A program made the position numbers and the translations under genes. Shown here piece by piece: positions 39,516-49,600 of a stretch of DNA of 64,000 bases; position 1 is the first letter of the stretch; each line of letters begins with the position of its first letter. The notes under the pieces are model-generated. The model made no database searches, had not been told where the DNA came from, and saw only the letters and a list, made by a program, of their open reading frames with translations. Source of the stretch: an uncultured Methylomirabilota bacterium. Lineage in GTDB: Bacteria > Methylomirabilota > Methylomirabilia > Methylomirabilales > 2-02-FULL-66-22. The stretch covers positions 992,001 to 1,056,000 of the forward strand of contig CAWJSJ010000002.1 in NCBI GenBank assembly GCA_963845565.1, read 5' to 3'.

Positions 39516-41831
39516 ATGGCGGCCCAAGATTCCTCCGGCGCCAATACGTTCCAGGTCAAGGTCGGACCCGCCGAGAGCCCGGTGACGCTGGAGGTCCACA
39601 CGGCCCCTGGCGATCTGAAACCGTGGGATCTCGACTCCCGCCTCCAGAGCGTGAAGGGACGCCACCCTCGTCTGGAGGCGCCACTGAAGGTGACCGGCCA
39701 GGCCAAGTATACCTATGACGTGAACCTCCCGGGGATGCTCTGGGCCAAGATGGTCCGGGCGCCGGTCCCCGCCGGGAAGATCGTCCGGATCGACACCACC
39801 AAGGCCGAGCGGCTCGCCGGCGTGAAGGCGGTCTGGACGACGGATGCCAAGCAGGTCCGCTTTGCCGGACAGGACATCGCGGCGGTCGCTGCGGTGTCCC
39901 AGGAGATCGCGGAAGATGCGGCGCGGATGGTGGACGTGCAGTACGAGGCGGCGCCCTTCGTGACGGACCTGGAGGCGGCCATGGCGCCCACGGCCCCGCC
40001 CGTTTTCGGGGAGGGGCAGGTCCCTGCGCTCCCGAACACCCCACGGAAGGGGAACGTGACCGGGCCGCTGCCGCCCCCGACGACCGGCACGCGCGGGGGC
40101 ACCCGGGGGGACATCGGGAAGGGCTTCGCCGAGGCCGATACCGTCCACGAGGCGACGTACCGCCTTGCCGTCCACACGCATGCCGTCCTCGAAACCCACG
40201 GGGTGGTCGCTCACTGGGAGGGGGACCGGCTCACGGTCTACGCCTCCACGCAGGGCGTCTTCATGGTCCGGGCCGCCCTGGCCGAGGCGTTCAGCCTCGA
40301 CCGGAAGAAGGTCCGGGTGGTCTCGGAGCACATGGGCGGCGGCTTTGGAAACAAGCTGTACCCCTCTGCCGTCGGGAGCGCGTTTGCCATCGTCGCCTGC
40401 CGGCTGGCCAAGAAGGCGGGCGCGCCCGTCAAGCTGATGCTGGACCGTCACGAGGAGCAGATCTGCACCGGGAACGCCCCGGGGGCCTTGATGACGGTGC
40501 GGCTCGGCGCCAAGGCCGACGGGACGCTCACGGCCATCCACTTCCGCGCCTACACGGAGGGGGGGATCGGCCAGAGCGCCCGGACCGGTGGGCCGGCGGG
40601 GAACATCTACCCGCAGTGCCCGAACGTGACGCTTGAGGAGTACGAAGTCGCCACCAACGCGGGCCCGACCTGCGCCCTCCGGGCGCCCGGCCACCCGCAG
40701 GGCGCGTTCGGCTTCGAGAGCGCCATGGACGAGCTGGCGCACCGCCTGCGCATGGATCCGCTGGAGTTCCGACGGAAGAACGATGCACACCCGTTCCGAC
40801 GGTTCTACTACGATGTCGGCGCCAAGGCGATCGGCTGGGAGCGCCGGAACACGGTTCCGGGGAATCCCCCCGGGGTCAAGAAACGCGGGATCGGCGTGGC
40901 CAACGGCAACTGGTACGTCCTGGTCCGCGAAGCCGTCGCCGCGGAGGTGCGGGTGCACCGGGACGGCAGCGTCGAGCTGTTCCACGGCGCCCAGGACATC
41001 GGAACGGGGATCCGGACGGCGCTGGCCGTCATCGCGGCCGAGGAATTGGGCCTTCGACCCGCCGACATCACGGTCCACGTCGGCGACACGCGCTTTCCGC
41101 CGGGGCCGACCTCGGGCGGGAGTGTGACCACCAACTCCTCGGGGCCCGCCGCACGGCTTGCCGCCCACGAGGCCCGGATGCGGATCGCGGCCCTGGCCGG
41201 CCCGCTCCTGAAGGCGAAACCGGAGGAGCTGGAATTCGCAGGCGGACATATCATCGTCGCCGCCGAACCGGCGCGGAGGGTCTCGTTCCGCGAGGCGGCG
41301 CAGAAGATGCCGGGCGAGGTCATCGGCTGCCTCGCCGACCGCAAGCGGCAGTTCGAGACCGTCCGCCAGGACCTCGCCGCCACGCAGTTCGCGGAGGTCG
41401 AGGTGGATGTGGAGACCGGCGTGATCCGCGTCCTCAAGATGGTCGGGGTGAACAACTGCGGGATCCCGATCAACCCCCTCACGGCGGAAAACCAGCTCAT
41501 CGGAGCGCAGATCCAGGGGGCCTCGTGGGCCCTGTTCGAGCACCGTACCTTGGATCGCAACGTGGGCACCATGGTGAACCCCAATCTGGAGGCCTACAAG
41601 CTCCTCGGACCGGCGGACATGTTCGAGGCCGTGGCGATCTTCACCGACGGGGCCAACGCGGGGAACAACACCTCTGCGACCGGCATGGCCGAGCCGGTGT
41701 TCGTGCCGACCCTGGCCGCCATCGCCAACGCCGTCTTCAACGCCACGGGGGTCCGCCTGCGGCAACTCCCGATGACGCCGGACCGGGTGTTGGCTGCCCT
41801 GGCGGAAGCGCGGAAGGGGGGCAAGCCATGA
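39516..41831 (+). CDS. xanthine dehydrogenase-family molybdopterin-binding subunit (PaoC/CoxL-like)
   Basis: KVTGQAKY, MGGGFG, LRAPG, QDIGTG, GMAEP, NAVFNATGVR. Confidence 0.92.
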   Translation: MAAQDSSGANTFQVKVGPAESPVTLEVHTAPGDLKPWDLDSRLQSVKGRHPRLEAPLKVTGQAKYTYDVNLPGMLWAKMVRAPVPAGKIVRIDTTKAERLAGVKAVWTTDAKQVRFAGQDIAAVAAVSQEIAEDAARMVDVQYEAAPFVTDLEAAMAPTAPPVFGEGQVPALPNTPRKGNVTGPLPPPTTGTRGGTRGDIGKGFAEADTVHEATYRLAVHTHAVLETHGVVAHWEGDRLTVYASTQGVFMVRAALAEAFSLDRKKVRVVSEHMGGGFGNKLYPSAVGSAFAIVACRLAKKAGAPVKLMLDRHEEQICTGNAPGALMTVRLGAKADGTLTAIHFRAYTEGGIGQSARTGGPAGNIYPQCPNVTLEEYEVATNAGPTCALRAPGHPQGAFGFESAMDELAHRLRMDPLEFRRKNDAHPFRRFYYDVGAKAIGWERRNTVPGNPPGVKKRGIGVANGNWYVLVREAVAAEVRVHRDGSVELFHGAQDIGTGIRTALAVIAAEELGLRPADITVHVGDTRFPPGPTSGGSVTTNSSGPAARLAAHEARMRIAALAGPLLKAKPEELEFAGGHIIVAAEPARRVSFREAAQKMPGEVIGCLADRKRQFETVRQDLAATQFAEVEVDVETGVIRVLKMVGVNNCGIPINPLTAENQLIGAQIQGASWALFEHRTLDRNVGTMVNPNLEAYKLLGPADMFEAVAIFTDGANAGNNTSATGMAEPVFVPTLAAIANAVFNATGVRLRQLPMTPDRVLAALAEARKGGKP

Positions 41832-42799
41832 ACCGGTTCGAGTTCGCGCGGGCCACGAGCGTTGCCGAAGCGCTGAGCCTCGTCGCGGAGAAGCCGGGCA
41901 GCGTCTGGAAGGCGGGCGGGATCGACCTCCTCGACCACCTGAAAGAGCACCTGATCGAGCCCCCTCGGCTGGTGGACCTGAAGTCGATTCCGGGATTGGA
42001 TGGCATCCACAGCGATCCGGACGGGAGCCTCCGGATCGGACCGCTCGTCACCATGGCCCGCATCGCCGCGCATCCTGGTATCCGCACCACGCATGCCGGC
42101 CTGGCGCAGGCCTGCGGTGAAGCGGCCTCGCCGCAGATCCGGAACGTGGCGACGATCGGCGGCAATCTCCTCCAGCGACCACGCTGCTGGTATTACCGGC
42201 TCGCGTCCTACCGCTGCCTCAAGAAGGGCGGCGATACCTGCTTTGCGATCGCGGGAGAGAACCGGTACCACACGATCCTCGCCGACGGCGCCTGCCAGGC
42301 CCCGCATCCGTCGAATGCCGCCATGGGGCTCTCGGCGCTGGGGGCCTCGCTCGTGTTCCAGAGTAGCCGCGGCACACGCACGCTGCCGGCGGAGCAGTTC
42401 TTCGCGATCCCCGGAAAGGACCCCCGGCGGGAGAACGCCAAGGAACCCGACGAGATCCTCACGGCCATCCATGTGCCGGCGGCCCAGGGGGTGCGCTCCG
42501 TCTACGCCAGCGTCAAGGAGAAGGCCGCGTTCGACTGGCCGCTGGTCTCGACGGCCGTGGCGCTTCGGGCGGATGGGGGCGTCGTTCGCGAGGCCCGGAT
42601 CATGCTGGGTGCGGTGGCAACCGTGCCGCTCCGTTCCGCGGCCGCCGAGCAGGCGCTGCTCGGTAGGCGCCTGGACGATGCGACGGCCGAGGCCGTCGCC
42701 AATGCGGCCGCCGCCGCGGCCCAACCGCTCTCGGATAATGGCTACAAGGTCGAGCTGCTGAAGACCTTGCTTCGCCGGACCCTGCGGTCGCTGGCGTGA
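41828..42799 (+). CDS. FAD-binding medium subunit (PaoB/YagS-like, with a four-Cys insert)
   Basis: AGGIDL, ASPQIRNVATIGGNLLQRPRC..C..C..C..HPS. Confidence 0.92.
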   Translation: MNRFEFARATSVAEALSLVAEKPGSVWKAGGIDLLDHLKEHLIEPPRLVDLKSIPGLDGIHSDPDGSLRIGPLVTMARIAAHPGIRTTHAGLAQACGEAASPQIRNVATIGGNLLQRPRCWYYRLASYRCLKKGGDTCFAIAGENRYHTILADGACQAPHPSNAAMGLSALGASLVFQSSRGTRTLPAEQFFAIPGKDPRRENAKEPDEILTAIHVPAAQGVRSVYASVKEKAAFDWPLVSTAVALRADGGVVREARIMLGAVATVPLRSAAAEQALLGRRLDDATAEAVANAAAAAAQPLSDNGYKVELLKTLLRRTLRSLA

Positions 42800-42807
42800 G
42801 GTGAGGG

Positions 42808-43011
42808 ATGAACGACAGTAACGCGCCTGTCTGCAAGCGTCTCCGCAGCCGAGGCTTTTACGCCGCAGAGCCCGAGGAGGTGGAGCACTTCGAGTTCTCG
42901 CCCGAGAGCGCATGCTGGTGCGCCCGGACGGTGACCGTCCTCGGCCCCGACGACGTCCTCTGCTCTCTCGACATGTGCCAGCCCGGCCGGACCTGCTTCG
43001 AGACGAGGTAG
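42808..43011 (+). CDS. 67-aa six-Cys hypothetical protein
   Basis: GAGG RBS right after the FAD subunit; C..CWC..C..C..C. Confidence 0.7.
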   Translation: MNDSNAPVCKRLRSRGFYAAEPEEVEHFEFSPESACWCARTVTVLGPDDVLCSLDMCQPGRTCFETR

Positions 43012-43206
43012 GCATTCGCAGGTTGCATGGACCGCCAGGAGTGCCCTGACGAACGCCGCACCGCGACCTCCTTCGGCGGGGCAACCGCCGCGTTATCAAG
43101 AGAACGCGAGGATACTCCGGAAATCACGGGTCCCCGTGTTGAGACCGAAGCGCCTGTCCTCGATCACGAAACGAGCAACCATGGGCGATGGGGAGACGGT
43201 CGGGAC

Positions 43207-44631
43207 ATGGAACGGCTGAGTCAGGAGCAAGGGCGAGCGCTTCGCGCGGCCGGAGCCGCGCCCGCGGCAGTCACGAAGTTTTCGCGCGCCCTCGACGCTC
43301 TGCGTCTGGCGGCGCGGTTGACCGGGAAGAGCCTGGCGGCTGACGCGCGGAAGGCCGGTGCGGTGTATGCGGGAGGCGCCGCGCTCCTGGCGGCCTGGCC
43401 GGCGAAGCCCCGGAGGGATGCCGTCCAGGCAGCGGGCGCGGAAATCGTGCACGGTCTCCTGCGGGCGGTGCGGAACCGATTCGCCCGGGCCTACGTGGGT
43501 CCGATCTACGACCGTGTGACCGAGCAGCGTCGGAGGTTTCTCCGCGCCGACGAGTTGGTCTACGCGGTGGCCGATCTCTGCCCCGGCCTCTGCCCGAGCC
43601 AGAAAGAGGTGGCGGCCGAACGCGGGCTGCTCCTTGCCGAGAAAGATGGGGTCGAGATCGCGCAGGGCGACTTCCTCTCGCACGTCTTCGTTCGCAAGGA
43701 GGCGGGAGACCACTTGCTGCATGCGATGCTCCAGCCGCTGCCGGCGTCGCAGGAGCTTCTGGCAAAGTTCCGGCGAGAGGGGCGGGTGGATCTCGGGACG
43801 GCCCACGTGGAGCGGCGCGGCGCGCTCGGGTGCGTGTTCTTCAATAACCTGCGCTACCTGAACGCCGAGGACGATACCACGGTCGGCCCCCTGGAGACCG
43901 CGATCGATCTGGTGCTGCTCGATTCCGACATCCAGGCGGGCCTGCTGCGGGGAAATCCGGTCACGCACTCCAAATACCGCGGTCGGCGAATCTTTTCCTC
44001 CGGGCTCAACCTGACTCACCTCTATCAAGGGAAGCTCCCGCTGCTTTTCTTTGCGACCAGGGATTTGGGGTTCGTCGGCAAGCTCTACCGGGGGCTGGCC
44101 GGCGACGAGTACGACCCCGACGGGCCCGAGGCCACCCTGGAGAAGCCCTGGATTGCGGCCGTGGAGGGGTTCGCCATCGGTGGCGGCTGCCAACTGCTCC
44201 TGGTCGTGGACTACGTGATCGCGGAAGCGGGGTCCTTCTTCAACCTCCCGGCCCGGAAAGAGGGGATCGTCCCTGGCGTGGCGCCCATTCGACTCCCGCG
44301 CTTCGTGGGGGAGCGGGCGACCCGGGAAGGGATCCTGTTCGACAAGACCTTCACCGCCGAGTCCCCGGAAGGGCGATCCCTTGCCAATGAGGTGGTCCCG
44401 GCCGGGCAAATGGACGAGGCCATCGCCCGCGCCGCGGCCGCCGTCACGGGCGGCGGCGTGATCAGCGCGGGGGCGAACCGCAAGGCCATCCGCCTCGGCC
44501 ATGAGCCCCGGGACCTCTTCCGGCAGTATATGGCCCTGTACTGTCGGGAACAGGCCACCTGCCAATTCAGCCCCACGCTGATCCGGAACCTCGAGCGCAA
44601 CTGGCGCGCAGCAGAACGGCCTCGGGAGTAG
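43207..44631 (+). CDS. dpgC: DpgC-like crotonase-fold (3,5-dihydroxyphenyl)acetyl-CoA 1,2-dioxygenase homolog
   Basis: Extended N-terminus (AEKDGVEIAQG), LNAEDD, LRG..THSKYRGRRIFSSGLNL, EKPWIAAVEGFAIGGGCQLLLV, EGIVPG. Confidence 0.75.
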   Translation: MERLSQEQGRALRAAGAAPAAVTKFSRALDALRLAARLTGKSLAADARKAGAVYAGGAALLAAWPAKPRRDAVQAAGAEIVHGLLRAVRNRFARAYVGPIYDRVTEQRRRFLRADELVYAVADLCPGLCPSQKEVAAERGLLLAEKDGVEIAQGDFLSHVFVRKEAGDHLLHAMLQPLPASQELLAKFRREGRVDLGTAHVERRGALGCVFFNNLRYLNAEDDTTVGPLETAIDLVLLDSDIQAGLLRGNPVTHSKYRGRRIFSSGLNLTHLYQGKLPLLFFATRDLGFVGKLYRGLAGDEYDPDGPEATLEKPWIAAVEGFAIGGGCQLLLVVDYVIAEAGSFFNLPARKEGIVPGVAPIRLPRFVGERATREGILFDKTFTAESPEGRSLANEVVPAGQMDEAIARAAAAVTGGGVISAGANRKAIRLGHEPRDLFRQYMALYCREQATCQFSPTLIRNLERNWRAAERPRE

Positions 44632-44672
44632 CGCCCACCCGACCCCGCGTCTTCCCGCCCCCCGCCACTATC

Positions 44673-44907
44673 TTGACAGCTACCAAGGGCCGGCGTAGAG
44701 TCCCTGCCAACGGCTCCGGCTCTCCCAGCTTTCAGCCGGGCCCACCCTCCTCCTCCTCGACTACGCACCCGACGGGCGAACCAGCCCGGCGTCGGTCCCT
44801 ACCAGGCATGGGTGCCGGGAGCGCGTGCCGCTTCTGGCGAGGCGTATTCCTTCGTCGTGATTGCGGCAGGAGGTACCGGCGGAAACGTTGTCTCCACACC
44901 GACGTTC
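44673..44907 (+). ncRNA. candidate structured ncRNA/leader with sigma70 promoter (motif A, copy 1)
   Basis: TTGACA-17 nt-TAGAGT followed by ~200 nt of stems alignable with 54316-54552. Confidence 0.55.
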
Positions 44908-44961
44908 CCCACCACGTATGATTTTGCACGGGCGGCGGTACGTGCTCTCGAGGGGGTCCCT

Positions 44962-45549
44962 ATGGATCAATATTTGGTCTATCTTGTCACGGTGCTCGGG
45001 GTCGTGCTGTGCATGTTTTCGTTTGCCGTGATCTTCCGCGGCCAGCGCGTTCCGGGAGACGAAGGCAACCCGCAGGAACTGGAGTTCAAGGGCCTGAAAG
45101 TCAGAACGAACGTGGTCGTGTCGCTGCTCCTCGTGTCGGTCGTCGTGGCGGTGCTGCCGCTGGTTCTTCAGGCGTGGCCGCGGATTGTCGAGGCCCGCAG
45201 CCGAAGCTGTCCCGACCAGGTCGCGACGCCGGCGAAGCCGCAGGATCTCGCCCTATTCCTCACCGGACAGGTGCTGGACAACCAGGGGCCAGTGGAGGGC
45301 GCATCGGTGACCGTGGTCAACTTGAAGGACTCAAAACCCGGCGACCAGCAGGAGCCGGTGGCCAAGGTGGTGACAGACGGCAGCGGCAGCTTCGATTTCG
45401 CGCCCCTCCCCCTCAGTGACAGGGACCGCTACAAAGTGGTTGCGGCCAAAGACGGCTATATCGAGCAATACGTATACATGGGCCCAGCGGGGGCCGTCAC
45501 CGTGCGAACCGTGTTGGTGGCAAAGAAGAAGGGCGGAGGAAACCAATGA
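44962..45549 (+). CDS. two-TM membrane protein with a carboxypeptidase-regulatory-like (transthyretin-like) domain
   Basis: GAGGGG RBS; LTGQVLD..GPVEGASVTV...TDGSGSF...YKVVAAKDGY. Confidence 0.75.
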   Translation: MDQYLVYLVTVLGVVLCMFSFAVIFRGQRVPGDEGNPQELEFKGLKVRTNVVVSLLLVSVVVAVLPLVLQAWPRIVEARSRSCPDQVATPAKPQDLALFLTGQVLDNQGPVEGASVTVVNLKDSKPGDQQEPVAKVVTDGSGSFDFAPLPLSDRDRYKVVAAKDGYIEQYVYMGPAGAVTVRTVLVAKKKGGGNQ

Positions 45550-46379
45550 ACACGACGTCGTGGATGGGCGCCGCCGTGGTTGCGCTGGTGCTGATCGGCG
45601 GAGTGGCAGACGCGCAGCCGCTGGCGTCCCGCGTCGTATCGCAGCCTGACGGCGCCGAAATGGTTGTGGTGCCGGAAGGGTCGTTCACGTTCGGCGCAAA
45701 GCAGGAGGAGATCAAAGCGCTGCTCAAAAAGTTGAAGGCCGGCTGGGCCGACATCTACGCCGGTGAGCACAAGAAACAAACCGTGACGCTCCCGGCCTTC
45801 TACATCGATCGGCTCGAGGTCACCAACGAGCAGTACAACCGTTTCGTCGGCGCCGCCAAGGGCAAGCCCTCGCGCTTCGCTCGCTATCCCCAACTCAACG
45901 CACCGAAGCAGCCCGTCGTCGGCATCGGCTGGAAGGACGCCGAGGCGTATTGCCGTTGGTCGGGCAAGCGGTTGCCGACCGAGGAGGAGTGGGAAAAGGC
46001 GGCGCGCGGGACCGACGCCCGCACTTGGCCGTGGGGGAACGAGTCTGACGAGAAGGCGTTCAACGGGAAGGCCGCCGAGTATTCCGCCCCGGTCGCAGTC
46101 GGCAGCTTCCCGAGGGGCGACAGCACGTACGGCGCGGCGGACATGGCCGGAAACGTGTGGGAGATGACCTCCAGCACGTGGCAAGGCGACGCGAAAACGA
46201 TGCGCGGAGGGTCGTTCCTGAACCGTCTGGCCGACGTGCGCGTGACGGTGCGTTGGGCACCCGACGACCCGAGCCGAGGCACCAACTGGCTGGGCTTCCG
46301 CTGCGCCGTGGACGCGGGGATGGCACAAACGCTTTACGGAAAACCATCCCCCGCCGAACCGGCGAAGAAAGGGCCGTAG
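45546..46379 (+). CDS. secreted FGE-sulfatase (SUMF1-like) domain protein lacking the FGE Cys pair
   Basis: Signal peptide; EVTNEQY, PVVGIGW..A..YC, RLPTEEEWEKAARG, DMAGNVWE, RGGSF, GFRC; ATGA overlap with the upstream gene. Confidence 0.9.
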   Translation: MNTTSWMGAAVVALVLIGGVADAQPLASRVVSQPDGAEMVVVPEGSFTFGAKQEEIKALLKKLKAGWADIYAGEHKKQTVTLPAFYIDRLEVTNEQYNRFVGAAKGKPSRFARYPQLNAPKQPVVGIGWKDAEAYCRWSGKRLPTEEEWEKAARGTDARTWPWGNESDEKAFNGKAAEYSAPVAVGSFPRGDSTYGAADMAGNVWEMTSSTWQGDAKTMRGGSFLNRLADVRVTVRWAPDDPSRGTNWLGFRCAVDAGMAQTLYGKPSPAEPAKKGP

Positions 46380-46632
46380 GGGTGCGGGGGTGCCCTCTCG
46401 ACTGTGGGAGCCCAAGGGACCGCGGAATGCACATCAGAATCCATGGCCGCCTTTCATCAGAGTGTCCGGGATGATCCAGGGGCAACAGAAGCACTCGGAG
46501 ATGCGGGCCAGTGTGGGGCGGCGGCGCGGCTGCGAGTATTGAGCTGACGCCCGCCTGACCTTCTCGGCCGTAGGTTCTTTGTCGTCAAAGCGTTTTAGAA
46601 CCAACGTCCCCCGTGATGGAAAGGGGTAGGTG

Positions 46633-49600
46633 ATGGGATCGGCGGCGAATGTCGAAGGTTCGCTCGGCGAGGCACCGCGACGGCGAGAGGATCTGCCCGA
46701 GGTCTCCGACGAGGCCGCTCAGGCCGCGCGAGAACAGGTTGCGCAGCGCACGTTCGTGCCGTCCACGCACCGGCCACCTGAGGAGGTGCTGCCCAATCCG
46801 GAATTCATCCGCATCCTCGACCAGGGGCAGGAAGGCGTCAGCGTCGGCGTCGCGTTGGCAGCGGTGCTCAACTATCTGCGCGCCGAGCAGGGCGAACGCG
46901 AGCCGGTCAGCCCGCGAATGCTGTACGAGTACGCGCGACTGTACGACGAATGGCGCGACGCCGATCACGAAGGCAGTTCGCTGGTCGGCGGCCTCGCCGG
47001 CCTGGTCCGCCACGGCGTATGCCTCGATACCGAATGGCCGCTGTATGACCCCAACCTCCGGCCCGACGCGGCTGCACTGAAGGCGGCGCTGACGAACCGG
47101 CCGGCCGCCGTGCTGCGAGTCGACAAACGCATTGAGCACCTGCGGGCCGCTGTGTTCGAGGACCACGCGGTCGTGGTGGCGGCGGAACTTCACGACGGTT
47201 GGCGGGAGCCGCTGCGCGGCGTGATCCCGTTTCGCGCCAAGCGCCGGGGGAAGGCTGCGACGCAGGGAAGCCACGCCTTCGCCCTGCTGGGCTATACCGC
47301 AGAGGGCTTCATCGTCCAGAATTCATGGGGCATGAACTGGGGCGGTGTCGAGCTGCGAGATCACCACCTGCCCGGGACCGCGATCTGGACCTACGACGAC
47401 GCGACGGCTCATCTTGTGGATGCCTGGGCGATCCAGCTGTCGCGCCGTCCCTACCACGCGCCGCTGGTTGGCTACGACGCCGATAGTCTGGAGGGGGACG
47501 ACCTGCTTGAGATCAAGGCCGAGGTGAACGCCTTCAGCTACGTGCTGGCGTCGCGCGCGATCAAGCCGCCGATGGCGTTGGGCCTGTTCGGCGACTGGGG
47601 CAGCGGGAAGTCGTTCTTCATGCAGGAGATGAAGAAGAAGATCGCGTCGCTCGCCGTGCTACCGGCCAAGCGCCCCGACAGCGGCGAGACGCGGTCGCCG
47701 TTCTGCCGCCAGATCGTACAGATCCGTTTCAACGCCTGGCACTACCTCGATACCGACTTGTGGGCAAGCCTGGTGACCGAAATCTTCGACGGCCTGTTCG
47801 CGGGCATCGGCGGCAAGACCGGTAAACCGGAGGAGAAGCTGCCCGAACTGGCGGTAGAACTGCAAAATGCCAACGGCGTGTACCAGCAGGCACGGCAGCA
47901 GTTGGAGGATGCGAAGACGGCGCGCGCGCGAGCGGAGGCCACGTTGCGGGACGCCGTCAAGGAGCGCGAGGACCGGGAGGTCGCGCTACGCACCCAGCTC
48001 AACGATCTGACGCAGTTGTTGAAGGACACGCCTGCCGTGAAAGCGCAGGTGGATCGGCTCGCCGCGGACCTCGGCATGCCCGAGATGAGAACGTCGTACC
48101 AGGCGCTCGATGCGCGGGCCACCGAGCTCAAGAGCATAACCCACGGGTTCACGGCATTGTTGCAGACGATGTTCTCGACGCCATGGGGCTGGCCACGACT
48201 GTTGTGGCTGATAGCAGCGATGTGCGCGCCAGTCCTGGTCGTGATGGGCATCGAGCTGCTGCGGTGGTGGTTTTCCGTGCCGATCGAACGCTTTCACGCG
48301 TTCGCAGTCCAGCTGAGCACGCTGCTGGCGGCCGTCACCGCCTGGCTGGGCGTGCAGGCCAAGCGCGGTGCGGGCGTGCTGGCCTCGTTGCGGGATGCGC
48401 ACCAGAAGCTGGAAGTGATCCGCGCCACGCGGCGAGCGGAGGCGGTGGCCAACCAGGAAGGCGCATTGCAGGCGCTGCGGGAGAAGGAAGACGCGGCCCG
48501 CAAGAGCATGCAGGATGCCGAGCAGCGCGTGCAGGCACTGCAACGCGAGATCGACGACCTGCAACCGGGACGATTGATCATGCGCTTCATCGAGGAGCGC
48601 ACCAAGTCGAGCGACTATCGCTCGCGGCTGGGGATCGTCAGCCTGGTGCGGCGCGACTTCGAGCGGCTGAGCGAGCTGGCCGACCCGGACTCCGACAAGC
48701 GCAACGCCGACGTGATGCCGGTGGAGCGGATCATCCTGTACATCGACGATCTGGACCGCTGCAAACCGGACCGCGTGATCGAGGTGCTGGAGGCGGTGCA
48801 CCTGCTGCTCGCCTTCCGGCTGTTCATGGTGGTGGTAGCTGTCGATCCGCGCTGGCTGCGCCGCTGCCTGGAAAAGCACTATCCCGACCTCCTGGCCCTC
48901 CGCACCCAGGAGGTGGCCACCGTGGCGCACGTGGTTCCGTCGCGTCCGGCCACGGCGCAGGACTATCTGGAGAAGATCTTCCAGATCCCGTTCACGCTGC
49001 AACCCCTGAAGGACGACGGCTACCGCCGGCTGATCCGCGGCCTGACCGAACAGAACCGCATGCCGGATACGCTCGTGCCGCTGGCAGGCCGTACGAGTGC
49101 GACCGGCGCTGCGCTATCCGCCACCGGGCAGGCAACGGCGGGCACCGAGAGCGGTCAGGCGCAAGGTATGCCGTTGTCTGCGGTGACGGATGTGATCAAG
49201 GCGCAGGCCAAGCAGGCATTGCGCGACCAGGCCACCGCGGAAGACACAGCCGAAAGCGAGGAAAGCGCCATCGAACGGCTGCGTATCCGCGCGTGGGAAC
49301 TGGACGATATGGAGCGCCTGGCGCCACTCTTCCACACGCCGCGTGCGGTCAAGCGCTTCGTCAACACCTATCGTTTCCTGCGTGCCGGGGTGCGGCAACA
49401 ATACCTCGGCCGCTTCGAAGGCGAACGGGACGAGCCGGGCACCTACCGCGCCGCGCTGACCTTGCTGGCAATCATCGTCAGCTACTCCAACGTCGCACCC
49501 CGCTTTCTGCGACGGATCCTCGATACCGCCGAGCGCGGCGCCTCGAAGCAGGGCTGGCTCGACTTCCTGCGAGACGCGCGGGCCGATGCCGTCAGCCTGG

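Noticed and set aside
45546..46379. Diversity-generating retroelement target (FGE/CLec fold)
   Set aside because: No reverse transcriptase and no template repeat matching the 3' end of the gene were seen in the window.
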